64,000 nt of DNA from Felis catus (Eukaryota): positions 99,698,001-99,762,000 of the forward strand of contig NC_058373.1 of the NCBI RefSeq assembly GCF_018350175.1, read 5' to 3'. The notes beneath the pieces were generated by a model. It ran no database searches, had not been told where the DNA came from, and saw only the letters and a program-made list of their open reading frames with translations. Position numbers and translations under genes: made by a program. Each line of letters opens with the position of its first letter. Within the stretch, counting starts at the first letter, position 1. Positions 48,421 through 62,375 of the stretch are shown here, piece after piece.

Positions 48421-48775
48421 GAGTTCACCTTTGAACGACACAGGTTTGAACTACACGGGTTCACTTATTTGTGGGGTTTTTTTTCTCAACAAATATATTG
48501 GAAAAAATTTTTGGATGTTTGCAATAACTTGAAAAAAACCTCACAGTTAAACTGTGTAGACTAGAAATACAAAATAAATTTAAGAAAAAGTTATTATTGT
48601 AAGAATACAGTATGTAACACATATAACATACAAAGTATGTGTTAATTGACTGTTTATGTTATCTGTAAGGCTTCCAGTCAACAGTAGGCTATTGGTAGTT
48701 AAGTTCTGGGGGAGTCAAAAGTTACACACAAGTTTTTGACTATAGTTCCAGCTCCTTGTGTTCAAGGATCAATTG
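48421..48775. mobile_element. Tigger2-derived MITE (TcMar)
   Basis: Degenerate TIRs GAGTTCACCTTTGAAC… and …GTTCAAGGATCAATTG followed by TA. Internal sequence resembles Tigger2a as I recall it. Confidence 0.75.
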
Positions 48776-49129
48776 TATACACACACACAAACATGAGAAT
48801 TACACAGTCATAAAAAAAGATGTTTTCAAGTAATTCATAGAAGTTCAGAAGGAATCTTACAATGTAATATTAGATGAAAAAAGCATGATATAGATTTTTA
48901 GGTATGACCCATAAATATACATGCATAGAAAATAGTTTGAAAAAATAAGGAATGAGAAGTGTGAACCACAGTTAACCTTTTAATATGGACTTTTCCCCAT
49001 AATTCTTTGCAATTTCCAAGTTTTAAAATAAGGCCATGTTTCTTTTACATAAAATTATTTTTTTACAAAAATAACTAGAAATTGACCAAGCAAACATGGG
49101 GAATAGGCATGAAGGAAAAGCTTCCTATT

Positions 49130-49335
49130 TTTTTTTAATATTTATTTTTGAGAGAGAGAGACACTCTCCTGAGTGCAAGTGGGGGGAGGGGCAGATGGAG
49201 GGGGAGACAGGGAATCCCAAGTGGGCTCTGTGCTAACATCACAGTTTCACAGTTTTGTGAACTCGTGAAACACCAGATCATGACTTGAGCTGAAATCAAG
49301 TCAGACACTTAACCAACTGAGCCACCCAGGTACCT
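49130..49335 (-). mobile_element. Can-SINE
   Basis: Reverse SINE body ending …gagccacccaggtacc. Confidence 0.85.
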
Positions 49336-50326
49336 TGGAAGAGCTTTCTAGTCTAAAGGAATAGTATGTGCAAAGCCACACAGTAAAGGAGTGTGGCGTG
49401 TCCAGGCTTAGTTTGTAGCTCCATTTGGCAGAAGCTTGGGAATTGTGAGCAAAGGTGGCAAAAAAGCTGAAAAGAGAGGCAGGTTTTAAATCATATAGAG
49501 TGTTGGGTGCAGTGGTGGAGGGTTGGAGACCTTGAAGCCAGTGTGCAAACAGAGTAGAATATGAGGAAGATCATGCTGGTGCCATGCACTGTGGATGGGA
49601 CAGATGGGGCACCAGATGGTGTGAGAGAGGGAGGCTGGGGCCCCAGGCAGTTGTACAGTCTGTGCACTCCACCAGAGCGCTGGCTAAGTGGATGGGTCTG
49701 AAATACAGCCCTGGGCCTGCTCACCTGGCTGTGGGCTGCATCAGCTCAGAGGAACGGGCTTTTTATGATCTTTCTACTTGGAGGGGGACAAAGACGGTGT
49801 ATGTGCAGGCCCGGGAGTGTCCTGTTGCCAAGGAGGAGCACTGAACTCAAGATGAATCACACAGCTCTTTCATAGGTAGAGCTGACAGGAAGGATTCCAA
49901 CTTATGATTCAGTCATGCCTTTTGTTTTGCTTTCAGTGGTGTATCGGGCCATTTTCTGCTTCTTAGTTTCAGGATACTCAAGGCCAAGTTAGGAAAGGGG
50001 ACAATTCTGAAAAAATTCCCCCCACCCCTTCTTATTACATCCCCAGTTCATCTGGACAGAGGATTGCAGCTACTGATTCCCACAAAGTTTCTGAGCTACC
50101 TGTGGATTTTAATTACATACTACCCAGCCAAGTTAATAAAAGGCCACCTATTAGGACTGTTAATTTAGTTCTAATAATCAGTCAGAGGCTGACTGGGCCA
50201 GGTGTTCTTGAAACTTTAGGGGAGAGAGGAGGAATCCCACAAATAATAAGCACTTGGATGACTTCAGACACGCCCTAGCCACACAGCCAGCTTGCTCATT
50301 TAACTGAAGGTCTCCGTGCTCCAGGC

Positions 50327-50498
50327 CAGTGCTTGTCAAAGCATGGCCCTGGAGCAGAGCATCAGTACCACCCCGTACTTGTCCAGCCCCACCTCACACT
50401 TACTGAATCAGAGTCTCTTGGGGGTGGGCCCCAACAAACTATGCTTTAACATGCTCTTTGGGTGATTCTCATGGGTGGTCAAGTTTGAGAACCACTGC
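50327..50498. mobile_element. MER5-like hAT MITE
   Basis: CAGTGCTTGTCAAA…TTTGAGAACCACTG flanked by a CTCCAGGC 8-bp direct repeat. Confidence 0.7.
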
Positions 50499-51396
50499 TC
50501 CAGGCAACAAGGTAAGGGGGGGGTGGGGGGGGAAGACAAAATATGCAGAAGACTCCATGATGTTTCTCCTACCTCTGATTCTCAGATCTTTTCAGTTGTG
50601 GGTCATCCCTCACACTTGACTCCATTTTATCTGTAATGTTCTTAAGGCTGTTAGAACATTCACATGCAGGCAGCCATCACATACCCTTTCCAATGCTCAC
50701 TACTGATGGCCGTGATGAGCCTTTGGCCCCAAAGAGATAGAGGTACTCCCTCAGATATGCTGCTTCTTAGCCTCCTGCAGATGCACCTTGGGGCTAGGGC
50801 TGTGAGTTGTTGTTGTGAAAGAAAACCAACTAAAGGGCATTCATTCACAGAAATGTTATCAGAGATTATATGTAAAGGTGGGCTTTCATTTGGGATTTAA
50901 AGATTTTTTTAGCTCTCCATAGAATAGAAATCTCCAGTAAAATATGTATAACTATTTTTAAAGTTTTGTAATTTATACTTTTTGAATATTTTAAAAAATA
51001 CATCACACTCTATCTTCTCTCCTAGGTTTTAAAAGATGTGAGGACTAGATATTTTCCTATTTTTCTCTTTTTTCCCCTAATAACTAACATGTACTATAGA
51101 AGGGCTATAAATATGTGTTGAATAAAAGGTGCTCTCTCCCATGATTTCCCAAAAACATAAGTAATATTCAATAAGATGCTGCTGTAACTTGATCAAAGAG
51201 GCCTCTATATCTGAGAGGAATGTTCTCATTCCAGCATACAAGAATTTTTCTCTTAGGCCATGCAAAGATGAAAATAATAAATGCAGGAAAAAATATTTTT
51301 GCTCCATATTTTCCTACTGTCTCAGATTGTGGAAATTAATGTGTTTCAGTTTTATCCAGGGAATAGCAAGCTGTAATTAATAAAATTAACAACGTA

Positions 51397-51620
51397 TGGG
51401 GCACCTGGGTGGCTCAGTTGGTTGGGCGTGTGACTTCAGCTCAGGTCATGATCTCACAGTTCATGAGTTCAAGCCCCACGTTGGGCTCTGTGTTGACAGC
51501 TCAGAGCCTGAACCTACTTCGGGTCCTGTGTCTCCTTCTCTCTCCGTGCCCCTCCACAGCTTGTGCTCGCTCTCTCTCTCTCTCTCTCTCTAAAATCAAT
51601 AAACGTTACAAAAATTTCTT
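51397..51620 (+). mobile_element. Can-SINE
   Basis: Full SINE flanked by AAATTAACAA(C/T)GTA. Confidence 0.9.
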
Positions 51621-52508
51621 TAATTTAAATTAAATTAAATTAACAATGTAAAAAGTTTATGAGGCAATGTTAAAATTGTGAAAACAATTTTGCCTCACTG
51701 GAGTAGAGTGTTTCCTGCCCATCTCTTAATTCCTCTCATGAGTGAGGCTGGATTTGCCAATGTGGCTATTTCCAGTACTGCCTGCGGGTGGAGCAAAGCT
51801 GAGCTCACAGATAAAGTGTGGTAAAGTAATTAGGGTTTGCTGTCCCTGCCTTTGCACAACTCTCTAATTTGTTGAAACAAATCACAGATCTCACCCGATA
51901 CCAGCTAGGTGAAGATTGAATCTTTCAGACAACTTTTAAATCTGTATGTACTTGGAGTCAGTCCAGTCTTAAAAATTTTTGCAATGAACGGATTCAGAAT
52001 CCATCATGCTCTGGTTACAGAGCATGGTCAAATATAGGGAGAGTAGGAAATAAACTTGATTTTTTTTTCTTTTTGCTACTGAATTGCTAAAACCAATGAG
52101 AATAAAGCATAGTCAAGTCCAATCTGATAAGAATGTATATTTTTAAGTCACCTTAGAGGGCCTTCTACTAATTCTTAATTCATGAGAAGTTCTTAGAATC
52201 CAATTGAAAACATAGGACAAATTAGAAGTTAAAAATAATACAACGTAGTGCAAATGTTACTAAGTGCTGCGGTTTATGGCATAGATTTGAACTCATCAAG
52301 TCCCAAATCAAAGACAATTGATGTTTAAGATTAGTCTAGTGGCACATTGTATTGACACTAGGTAAACAATGACATTGGTAGCTTGCCAACATCAATTTCT
52401 TATCAGTACAAAATAGGATATGAAAACAGTAAATGCCATGCAACATTACATAATTCATGGTGAATTGGGAAGGACTTCTTTAATTTCTTCCAATTGAAAG
52501 CCCACCCA

Positions 52509-53106
52509 ATTTATCCAATGGATATGAAAATTTGATTAGAAGGGGCACATGCACCCCAATGTTTATAGCAGCACTATTGACAATAGCCAAATTATGGAAA
52601 GAACCCAAATGTCCACTGTCTGGTGAATGGATAAAGAAGATGTGGAATATATACAATGGAATATTATTCAGCAATGAAAAAGAATGAAATCTTGCCATTT
52701 GCAACAACATGGGTGGAACTGGAGGGTATTATGCTAAGTGAAAAAGATATCAGATAAAGATTATCATAAGTCAGAGAAAGATATCGTAAGATTTCACTCA
52801 TGTGGAATTTAAGAAACAAAACAGATGAACATAGGGGAAGGGAAGCAAAATAAGATACAAACAGAGAGGGAAACAAACCATAAAAGATTCTTAAATGCAG
52901 AGAACAAACTGAGGGTTGCTGGAGGTGTTGGGGGGGGGGATGGGCTAAATGGGTGATGGGCATTAAGGAGAGCACTTACTGGGATGACCACTGGGTGTTC
53001 TATGTAAGTGATGAATCACTAAATTCTATTCCTGAAATAATTGTTATACTATATGTTAACTAACTTGGATTTAAATTTTTAAAAAACTGGAAAAAAAAAT
53101 AAAAAT
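52509..53106 (+). mobile_element. 5'-truncated L1 3' end
   Basis: ORF2 C-terminal remnant (cacatgcaccccaatgtttatagcagca), G-rich 3'UTR and A tail. TSD AAAGCCCA(C/T)CCA at 52497-52508 and 53107-53118. Confidence 0.9.
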
Positions 53107-53813
53107 AAAGCCCATCCAGGGAATTCTAAATTAAAAAGACAAAGTGCAGTCAATGATTTACTAATCCAAAATAAAATGACCCCAAAAAACTAAAATGGGA
53201 CCAAAAATATATCTTTAAAATGTGAATGAAAGTAATATCAGGCAAAATAGAATTTAAGGCAATAAAAGTTTTAAATCGTTAAGTGGTTAAAAAGTCTACT
53301 TGGGGCTGTAAATTACAATCAGTAGTGAATACCTTACAGCCTGGACTTATTCTGATAAAATAATATGACAATAAAAATACAAAGAAAAAAGCACTGGAAA
53401 CATGAGAAATGAAAAAAAAAATCACTAATTTTTTGGCATGGATGATTTTCATGCCTCCCCCCCCCCCATCAAAGGTAGATCAAATAGACAAAAAGACATT
53501 TGTTTAAATATATCTATATTTCTGGTGCCACATAACTCAAAACTCAGATTTATATTCATTAGGAAGAGTATATTTAGGCTGGTCTGTTTTTAAGCATCGA
53601 CTCTGATACAGACTTAAAATTCACTTTTGGGGTCTTAAAGGCACCTTAAGAAAGATAAAAATTGGTTCTCCAGAGCCACTAAAACAGGCTCAGCAAGAAG
53701 CTTGTGTGACTGTGGAAGAGACATGCCTTATGTAAAGCAGTGTTGTGGGCAGAGAAAACGAACAGTGTTTCAAACATGAGGGCTAAACTCAGTCCTAGGG
53801 AATAGAATCTCCA

Positions 53814-54020
53814 GGGGCACCTGGGTGACTCAGTCGGTTAAGTGTCTGACTTCGGCTCAGGTCGTGATCTCGCAGTCTGTGAGTTGGAGCCCTGTGTTAG
53901 GCTCTGTGCTACAGCTCAGAGCCTGGAGCCTGCTTCAGACTCTGTGTCTCCGCCCCTGCCCCACTAGTGCTCACTCGCGCTCTCTCTCCCTCAAAAATAA
54001 AATAAACATTAAAAAAAGTT
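53814..54020 (+). mobile_element. Can-SINE
   Basis: GGGGCACCTGGGTGACTCAG head and A tail. Confidence 0.9.
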
Positions 54021-54189
54021 TTTTTTTAAAGAGTCTCTGATGGTTAGATGTTAGTTTGTAATTTAGCTGCTTTGTGATCTGTATACTGGGCAAGATTCTG
54101 TATACTGTGATCCAGGATGAGTATCAGTCAGGATTTTTTTTGTTGAATAATGGTTGGCGGTTCTCCAAAGCAACAGGGGACAAGCCAAC

Positions 54190-54743
54190 TGGTGATTTAT
54201 ATCATTGGAATGGCAGCTGCCAGTGATCCCTGTCTTGGTGTATATGCTTTTGTGTAATCTCTTCCCCTCAAGTATGAGCTGGACCTAAAAACTTGCTTCT
54301 AATGAATAGAATACAGCGAAAAACATCTGGGATGTTACACTCTGGATTAGGTGACAAAAAAGACTGGCTTCTGCCTTGCTTGTTTGCTCTAATGGAAGCC
54401 AGCTGCTATACTGTGAGAGGCTCACAAGGCAAAAAACTGAGGGAGGTCACCCAGCCAACAGCCAGCAAGTTGCTGACGCCCTCAGCGCACTAGCCCACAA
54501 GGAAGTGAATCCTGCAATCACGTGAGCATTGCTGGAAGTGGAGCCTTTGGAGTCCAGCCTTGAGGTAGTTACAGCCGCAGAAACACCTTGACTACAGCCT
54601 CGTGAGAGACCCAGAGGACCCAGCCATGCCGTACCCGGATTCCTGACCCACGGAAACCGTGAGAAAAAGTGTTTTGTTTTGTTTTGTTTTTTTTAAGCTG
54701 CTAAATTTGGGAGTAATTTTTTTCAGCATATGTAACTCATACA
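54190..54743 (+). mobile_element. MaLR solo LTR (MLT1E/F-like)
   Basis: …cagccaacagccagcaag…ggattcctgacccacggaaaccgtgaga…ttttaagctgctaaatttggg…aactcataca matches an MLT1 3' end. Confidence 0.8.
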
Positions 54744-55237
54744 ATCATTACTGTTAAATTAATGGATATCCAATTACATAAAAATCCATAGCATATTTTA
54801 CAGATAAATGTGATACATGGAATAGCTACAAGCCTTGATATATTAGGTATGAGGAAAATCTCAACAAACGTAAGAAAGGAGAAATTAATGAGCTCTTCTC
54901 TGGTATGTTTTAAGTTGCAACAACAACAACAAAAAACCTCTTTACTTGGAAGTGTTTCTTCTTTTGCATATGATACATGCTAAATGGTGCATAAACATGC
55001 ACATACAATTTAAATAATAATTATAAAATGAATATCCATGGAGACACCATGCAGGTCAAGAAATAGAACATTGCTGGTACCAGAAGCCCCCTGTGTGCCT
55101 TTTCCTGATCACAGCTCCAAAAGTAAACACTATTCTGCCTTTGGAGATGACCATGTTTTGGCTTTTCCTTATTTTAGCACCTATGTGTGTGTCATAATAC
55201 ATGTACCCTTTTGCATCTTTCTCTCTAGCTTAGCAAT

Positions 55238-55600
55238 ATGTCTCAGGTGCAGAGGTGAGGACGGGGATTCAGGTGTATGTGATTTGTGGAGCTCGTGCGC
55301 TCAGGAGAAAGGTAGTGAAGGAAGCAGGACAGGGAGAGGAGCTAAGCAAGGACGAGGTGTCAGCTTCAGCCTGATCCCCAAGGGAGCTCTGGAGGATGGA
55401 AAGGGCCAGAGTATTGGTCCCGCTGGGATACTTGGGACAGCATGTCATAAAATGTCTTCGGCCAGGGTGTACTGGGGATACCCTTTTGGCCAAGGACGAT
55501 TGTCCAGAGCAGGGGCCAACTGCAAGCTATTAGCAACCAATACAGGAGCTGAGGGATAGAGCTCTGGCCTGGGACAGGGGATCTGGACAGCACCCACTAT
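55238..55600 (-). mobile_element. ERVL solo LTR (LTR16-like) within an old antisense L1 remnant (~54950-57600)
   Basis: Purine-rich …gaaggaagcaggacagggagaggagctaagcaagg… pattern typical of reverse-strand LTR16. Flanks are T-rich L1 3' remnants. Confidence 0.5.
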
Positions 55601-56199
55601 ATATTCTGTTTGAGATTCAGCTTTGCTGTATGTGTAGCTGCAATTCATACATTTTTGTGGCCAAATAGTATTGTATCGTATGACTGTATCATATGTTGTC
55701 AGTGAACTTTTGGGTTTCTGGATTTACCTATTACAAATAGTGCCGCTTTGACTATTCCTATCATGTATTGTGTTGGATACATTGTGTTGGCACCTACCTA
55801 GGAGTGGGACGGCAGGGTTACAGGGTATGTGCATCTTTGATTTTGCTATATTGTAAAATTGTTTTTCAACTCACGCCACCAGCAGCATTGTTTGGTAGCT
55901 TCCATTGCTATACTTTGGGACTTGATAGGTTTTAGCCAGTCTGGTAAGTTTGTAAATGGTATCTCATTGAAGTTTCAACATGTTTTCCTTCTTGATAATA
56001 ATGATGGACACATTTTCATACATTTATTGGTTCTTTGGAAGTTCTCCTCTTCTAAAGCTTTTATTCAAGGTTTTTGCCTCAATTTTTTTATAAAATGTCC
56101 GTCTTATTGATTTGAAGATGTCTGACCGCTTTGTCAGTTCTGTGTGTTGCAAAAATCTTCCCTTCTATAATCCCTCTTTCAGTCTCTTTATGCTGACTT

Positions 56200-57341
56200 A
56201 AAAAAAAATTTTTTTTAATGTTTATATATTTTTTAGAGAGAGACAGACAGACAATGCAAGCAGGAGAGGGGCAGAGAGAGACACACATGATCCAAAGCAG
56301 GCTCCAGGCTCTGAGCTGTCAGCACAGAGCCTGATGTAGGGCTTGAACCCATGAACCATGAGATCGTGACCTGAGCTGAAGTCGGAAGCTTAACAGACTG
56401 AGCCACCCAGGCACCCCTTAGTGAATAGAAGTTTTCATTTTATTTGAATGTAGTATACTAAGCTTTTATTTCATGGTTAAGATTTTAATGTCTTACTTGA
56501 GAATTTTTTTTCCTAACCTGGAATCGTTTTTCTATGTTATATATCTTTCTAGGGAAAGATTTTTCTATGTTATTTTACATAAGCTTTATAGTTTTGTCCT
56601 TTACTCTTGGATTTTAATCAATCCGTAATTTATTTTGTGCATGGTATGATGCAGATAACTAATTTTGTATTTTTACCATGTAAATAACCCAGTTGTCTCC
56701 AAATGAACTTTTTACTGAAAAGTGCTCTCTCCTCATTGATATTAAATGTCATCACTGTCACATAGTACATTTCCAGATTTGTATGCCCACTTGTAGTCTC
56801 TGTACTATTACATTGGCCTGTTGTCTTAGTTACTTAGTAGTTTTATCATACCTGGTACATTCAGTCCTCCCACCTAGTTTTTGGTGTTTTTTTTTTGTTT
56901 GTTTGCCTTTTTTTTTTTTTGAGAGCACAAGCGGGAGAAGGGCAGAGAGGGAGACACAGAATCGGAAGCAAATTCCAGGCTTTGAGCTGTTAGCACAGAG
57001 CCCGATGGAGGGCTCAAACTCACCAACCGTGAGATCATGATCTGAACCGAAGTCAGATAGATGCTCAACCAACTGAGCCACCCAGGCGCCCCCACCTGGT
57101 TCTTTTTGAAGTGGGCCCTGTTAACCTTACTGCTTTTGTGTTTCCATAAAAAAATTTTTTTAAGTTTATTTATTTATTTTGAGAGAGACAGCGAGCAAGA
57201 CAGGAGGGGCAGAGAGAGAGGGAGAGAGAGAATCTGTGCTATCAACATGGAGCCTGGAGGGGCTTGAACTCACAAACTGCAAGATCATGACCTGAGCTGA
57301 AACCAAGAGATGCTTAACCAGCTGAGCCACCCAGGTGCCCC
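56200..57341 (-). mobile_element. Three antisense Can-SINEs (~56200-56417, ~56900-57092, ~57150-57341)
   Basis: Each ends in …gagccacccagg(c/t)(a/g)cccc and has a T-rich tail upstream. Confidence 0.88.
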
Positions 57342-57919
57342 TCCATATAAACTTTTAAATAAGCTTGCCAAGTTCCACCAAAAACAAATAAACAAAAAAA
57401 ACTGTTGTTTTTTTTTTTTTAATCAAGATTGTACTGGCTGGATCTATTGACTAAATTGGTTTAACTCCCAATTTACTTAGGTTTCCTCCTTAATTCCTTA
57501 TCAAGGTTTTAACTTTTATTAAAGTATAATACACATACAGAGAAGTGTGCAGACTATGAGTAGATGAGGGAATGAATTTTCACAAAGTAAACACAACTAA
57601 GTAACCAGCTCTCAGACCCAGAAACAGAATACCATCAGACTCTCAGATCCTTGTTGTATGGAAGTGTTGAATCACTAAATTGTACAGCTGAAACTTATAT
57701 TACCCTGTATGTTAACTGACTGGAATTTAAAAAAAAAAAAAGAAAAGAAAGAAATGCAAATTTGGGGGCCAGATCCCAGAACTACTGAATCCGAACTTGT
57801 GGTGGTAGATTCTGAGAACCTGTGTCTTAACAACCTCTCCAGGGATTTTTTTTTTTCAATTAGAGTATAGTTGAAGCACAATGTTATATTAGTTTCAGGT
57901 GTACAGCAGTGATTTATCT

Positions 57920-58374
57920 TTTTTTAATTTTTTTAACGTTTATTTATTTATTTATTATTATTTTTAACATTTATTTATTTTTGAGACAGAGAGAGAGAGA
58001 GAGAGCATGAATAGGGGAGGGTCAGAGAAAGAGGGAGACACAGAATCCGAAACAGGCTCCAGGCTGTGAGCTGTCAGCCCAGAGCCCTACACGGGGATCA
58101 AACCCACGGACTGTGAGATCATGACCTGAGTGAAGTCGGACGCTTAACCGACTGAGCCACCCAGGCGCTCCAACATTTATTTATTTTTGAGACAGAGAGA
58201 GACAGAGCATGAATAGGGGAGGGGCAGAGAGAGAGGGAGACACGGAATCCGAAACAGGCTCCAGGCTCTGAGCTGTCAGCACAGAGCCCGACGCGGGGCT
58301 CGAACTCACGGACTGTGAGATCATGACCTGAGCCAAAGTCGGACACCCAACCGACTGAGCCACCCAGGCGCCCC
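57920..58374 (-). mobile_element. SINE nested in the tail of another SINE (dimer)
   Basis: Two full reverse SINEs (~57950-58170 and ~58172-58374). AAC(G/A)TTTATTTATTT is repeated at 57935-57949 and 58172-58186. Confidence 0.9.
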
Positions 58375-59829
58375 AATCTTCTTTATACCTTATGCTGTGC
58401 TCACCACCAGTGTGGCTACCCTCTGTCGCCATACAACACTCTGACAATACCATTCGTGGACCATATTTCCTGTTGTGTCTTTTATTCCTGTGACAGAAAT
58501 GCACACCAGAGTTTGAGAAACTTGGCTTTTATTCTTACCTTGGGAAGGCAGATGTCCATGAAGGATAGTCCGTGCTGAATCTAGAGTGGCATTTGTAGGG
58601 AAGCAATGACGCTTTCAGAGAGTATGTGCTGTAATTTGGTTCTATTTACAAAGGAGGCCAGCGCAAAGCACGCTTTCATTAATGATTATGTATGGGGGAG
58701 AGTAGCATCAATCACGCAGTGCTGGCAAAGGGGGGGCTGGTGAATCTTGATTTCCTACAGGGCTCTGCATCTTCAGAACAGTTGCTGTAACATTTTATAC
58801 CATGGGCAGAGAGTAATCCACTTCCTCTTATTCAAGTGACAAGCATTTTTGGATTCTTTGATTTCAGTAGATCCATAAAGATGGAAAGAAAACCTATTTA
58901 GGATACATAAGAGAGTATAGTCAAATGATAATGCTAATTCTTTGGATTCTGGGGTGTGTTAAAGGCTGAAATTATGGGCCCAAAATATAAGTGTTTCCAA
59001 AAATCTCCTCAAATACGGGATGGCCAAACTGTGTATATCATTGTATTATTTATGGCCCCAAGTTGCAGAAATAAGTAATAAAATTAACTTAGCATTTGCT
59101 GATCAAAAAAATAGAAAAGAAAAAGAATCTCAGGCCCTCAAAAATCCTTTTTTTAGCTACTAACTATACCCGTATTGAGTAACCACTTTCTTGACTTCTA
59201 ATGTCATATATTGTATTCACTTTCTCTACTTTTGAACTTCATATAAATAGAATCAGTGTATACTTGGCATTTTTCACTCACCATTATGCTTATGAAATCC
59301 ATCCACATTGTTCAGATAGTTTTGTTTGTCCTCATCGTTACAGTGTGTAGTGCTCCAAGTATGAATTTACTACAATAGATTAATTCATTCTGCTGTAGAT
59401 GGACATTTGAGTTGTTTCTAATTGGGCTATTACAGATGATGATAAACATTCTGGTACACACATCTTTGGGGAATGTATGCACGCATTTCTGTTAAGGATA
59501 TAACTGTGAACATAATTGCCAGGTCATAAGGTTTTATCCTTAGTAAATACTGCCAAGCAGTCTTCCAAAATGGAGTGTATCTATTTATACTTCTACAACA
59601 GTATTTGAACATTCTGGTCAAGTCACACATTCATCAGCACTTCATATTGTCTATTTCAATTTAGCCGTTCTGGGATTACATAACGGTATCATATTGTGGT
59701 TTTAATTTGCCTATTCCTGATATGCACCTTTTCATATGTTTGCTGGCCTTTGGCTATCCCTTTGTAAAGGATCTGTTCAAATCTTTTCCCATTTGTAAAA
59801 GGTTATCTGCCTTTTGCTTATTGATTTTT

Positions 59830-60046
59830 TTTTTATTTTTTTTAACGTTTATTTATTTTTGAGACAGAGAGAGACAGAGCATGAATGGGGGAGGGTCAGA
59901 GAGAGAGGGAGACACAGAATCCGAAACAGGCTCCAGGCTCTGAGCGGTCAGTACAGAGCCCGACGCGGGGCTCGAACTCACGGACTGCGAGATCATGACC
60001 TGAGCTGAAGTCGGACGCCTAACCAACTGAGCCACCCAGGCGCCCC
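59830..60046 (-). mobile_element. Can-SINE within an old L1 remnant (~59150-59820)
   Basis: TSD TGCTTATTGATTTTT starting at 59815 and at 60047. Confidence 0.93.
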
Positions 60047-61071
60047 TGCTTATTGATTTTTGATAATTTCATCATCTGAATCTTTTAAGTTCTTGAGTTT
60101 TGTGCTTTGGCTTGAGTGTGGCAAAATTTTGTATAGTGTGGAAATTCTAGTAAATCCAAATCTATCTGGTTCCTAGAATTCAAAATGAGAAGCTAGATAA
60201 TGAAGGATACCTGAAGCCATTGTAGGTGTGTTTCTCGTTCCTCATTTCCCGGTGAGCTTGATGTTATGCTACGTGCTCTTATTTCTGAGATTCTCTGACA
60301 CCTAATACGGCAGTGCCTTCCTCCAGAGAGGAACTGCATTTGCGAGGCACCCGGGGTCAGTCCAGGATTACTTTAAACCAATTCAGGGCATAAGGCTTTT
60401 TTAGACCATTTGGATGAGATGAATTGGGGTTACAAACACAATCACTACCAGCATGTGGTTATAAGTTCCCTAGGATAGGATTTTCTTTTCTTTACTCCCT
60501 CTGCACTGTTCAGCATCAAAGGATTTTATTTTTCTTACAGTCTCCTGGGGGTGGGGATTAGACAGGGAAAACCTAGGTTTACTTCTGTTCTGGTTCATTC
60601 CTAACCTGAGGAAATAGCCCTTTGAGATCCTAGCGTTATGGGGGAAGGTTTCTTATTACACTCTCCATCTTTGCCAGAATCTAAATTTGAATTTCTGAAC
60701 TTGTGGGCCCTGAAAGCCCATAAAAAATAAAAACCAACTTTCTTTAGTTGGCAGAGGTCCTCAGAGGCAAAAACAACATCAGTGTTCTGCTTTTCCCTCT
60801 AAATCTCCATTTTCATTTAGATTTTGGCCTGATAAAGCATGACTATCTTATCTTTTTCATGCTTTCCAGACTTTTGAAATCTTTGCACATTTTTTAGTTA
60901 TTTTCAACTGGAGGGTTAGTCTGAAGAGTCTAGCCTAATACGTTATCCAAAGTAAGACATCTTTTAAGTTTTCAGGCTATCAAACAATTATGGAAACAGT
61001 GAAAATCTCTTAAATGAGATAACTAAAAGAGGTTAGTAAATATTTAAAACAAATCAATTAATGTAAAAAAA

Positions 61072-61104
<33 letters not shown>

Positions 61105-61154
61105 GAGATGTAGTCGATTCTGTATTTTAGAGGTAAATCTGTAGCAAAAAATAC

Positions 61155-61344
61155 TTTTTTAAAAAATGTTTATTTAGTTATTTTGAGAGGAGGGAGGGAC
61201 AAAGAGCGAGAGAGAATCCCAAGCAGGCTCTGCACTGTCAGTGCAGACACCCAATGTGGGGCTTGAACCCATGAACCATGAGATCATGACCTGAGCTGAG
61301 ATCAAGAAGCGCATGCTTAACCAATTGTGCCACCCAGGCACCCC
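61155..61344 (-). mobile_element. Can-SINE
   Basis: Reverse SINE flanked by AAATACTTTT. Confidence 0.88.
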
Positions 61345-61831
61345 AACAAATACTTTTAATATTTAAAAAAAAAAGAAAGGGATTACATTATTTGAAATTT
61401 TATAAAAAGAACATAGACCCTAAGCAAAATGAGGTTAAAAATGATAAAGATAAATAAAGGTGAAAAAATGTATGTAAGTAAACTAAAAAACTGATTCTTT
61501 GGCAGTGGGGAGAGGGATAAGAAAGACTTAACTAATTAACTGGGGAAACAGCACAACACAAAATTAAAGATAAAGGAGATATGACCCTGACACAAATTTG
61601 CAATTGTAGGCAGCTACCTGCAGCCATCACTTTCCAAGTCTCACTGTCAGAGCCCCCGGCTAGGGCGGGGTGGGGGGGGGGCAGGGGGAGGTTGAGAGGG
61701 AGAAGGCACTTGAGAAGAGCAGCTGGAGATGAAATCAGGAGGGTCCAGACCTCTCTCCATCTGAGGCAGGCAGAGCAGGCCCGTTTATACTGATTCCTAG
61801 ACTCAACAGAAACACTACACAGAAGAGATAA

Positions 61832-62375
61832 GTATTACAGATTGCATCCGGAGTCTCTAAGACCACCCTCAGTTTTGAGGATTCACTACAAGGACTCACA
61901 AGACTCAAAATATAGTTGAGGTCTTGGCTATGATTTGTTACAGCGAAAGGACACAAAGCAACGTCAGCAATGGGAGAAAGCATGTGGAGTGAAGTCCAGA
62001 GATAATCAGGTACCCTTCCTAGAGTCCTCTGCAATGGAGTCACATAAAAGTACTTAATTCCTCCAGCAAAGAATTGTGACAATACCTGTGAAATGTTGTC
62101 CTCCAGACACGCTCATTAGGGACTCATGTCCAGGCATTTTATTGGGGGTTGGTCACGTAGGCAGCCTCTGCCTGGAACATACCAAAATGTCAGACCCCTA
62201 GAAGGAAAGCATTCTGTTTGTACGGCCTATGCACGGTAAGTGACTCTTATCACTTAGGGAATGGTGGGAACCCTCCCCAAGTCCAAGTTCCCAGATCCAA
62301 CCACACACCAACTTTGCAAGCTGGCCTTTCCAAGAAAGCTGTCTCAGACCTGCTATATTAAGTCTTCTCTACACA
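61832..62375 (-). mobile_element. MER21-like solo LTR
   Basis: aagaccaccctcag…gattcactacaaggactcaca…ttacagcgaaagga…ttttattgggggttggtcacgtaggca resembles the MER21 consensus as I recall it. Confidence 0.75.

Noticed and set aside
55038..55559. 173-aa ORF
   Set aside because: Spans a junction between an old L1 remnant and an LTR; no coding signature.
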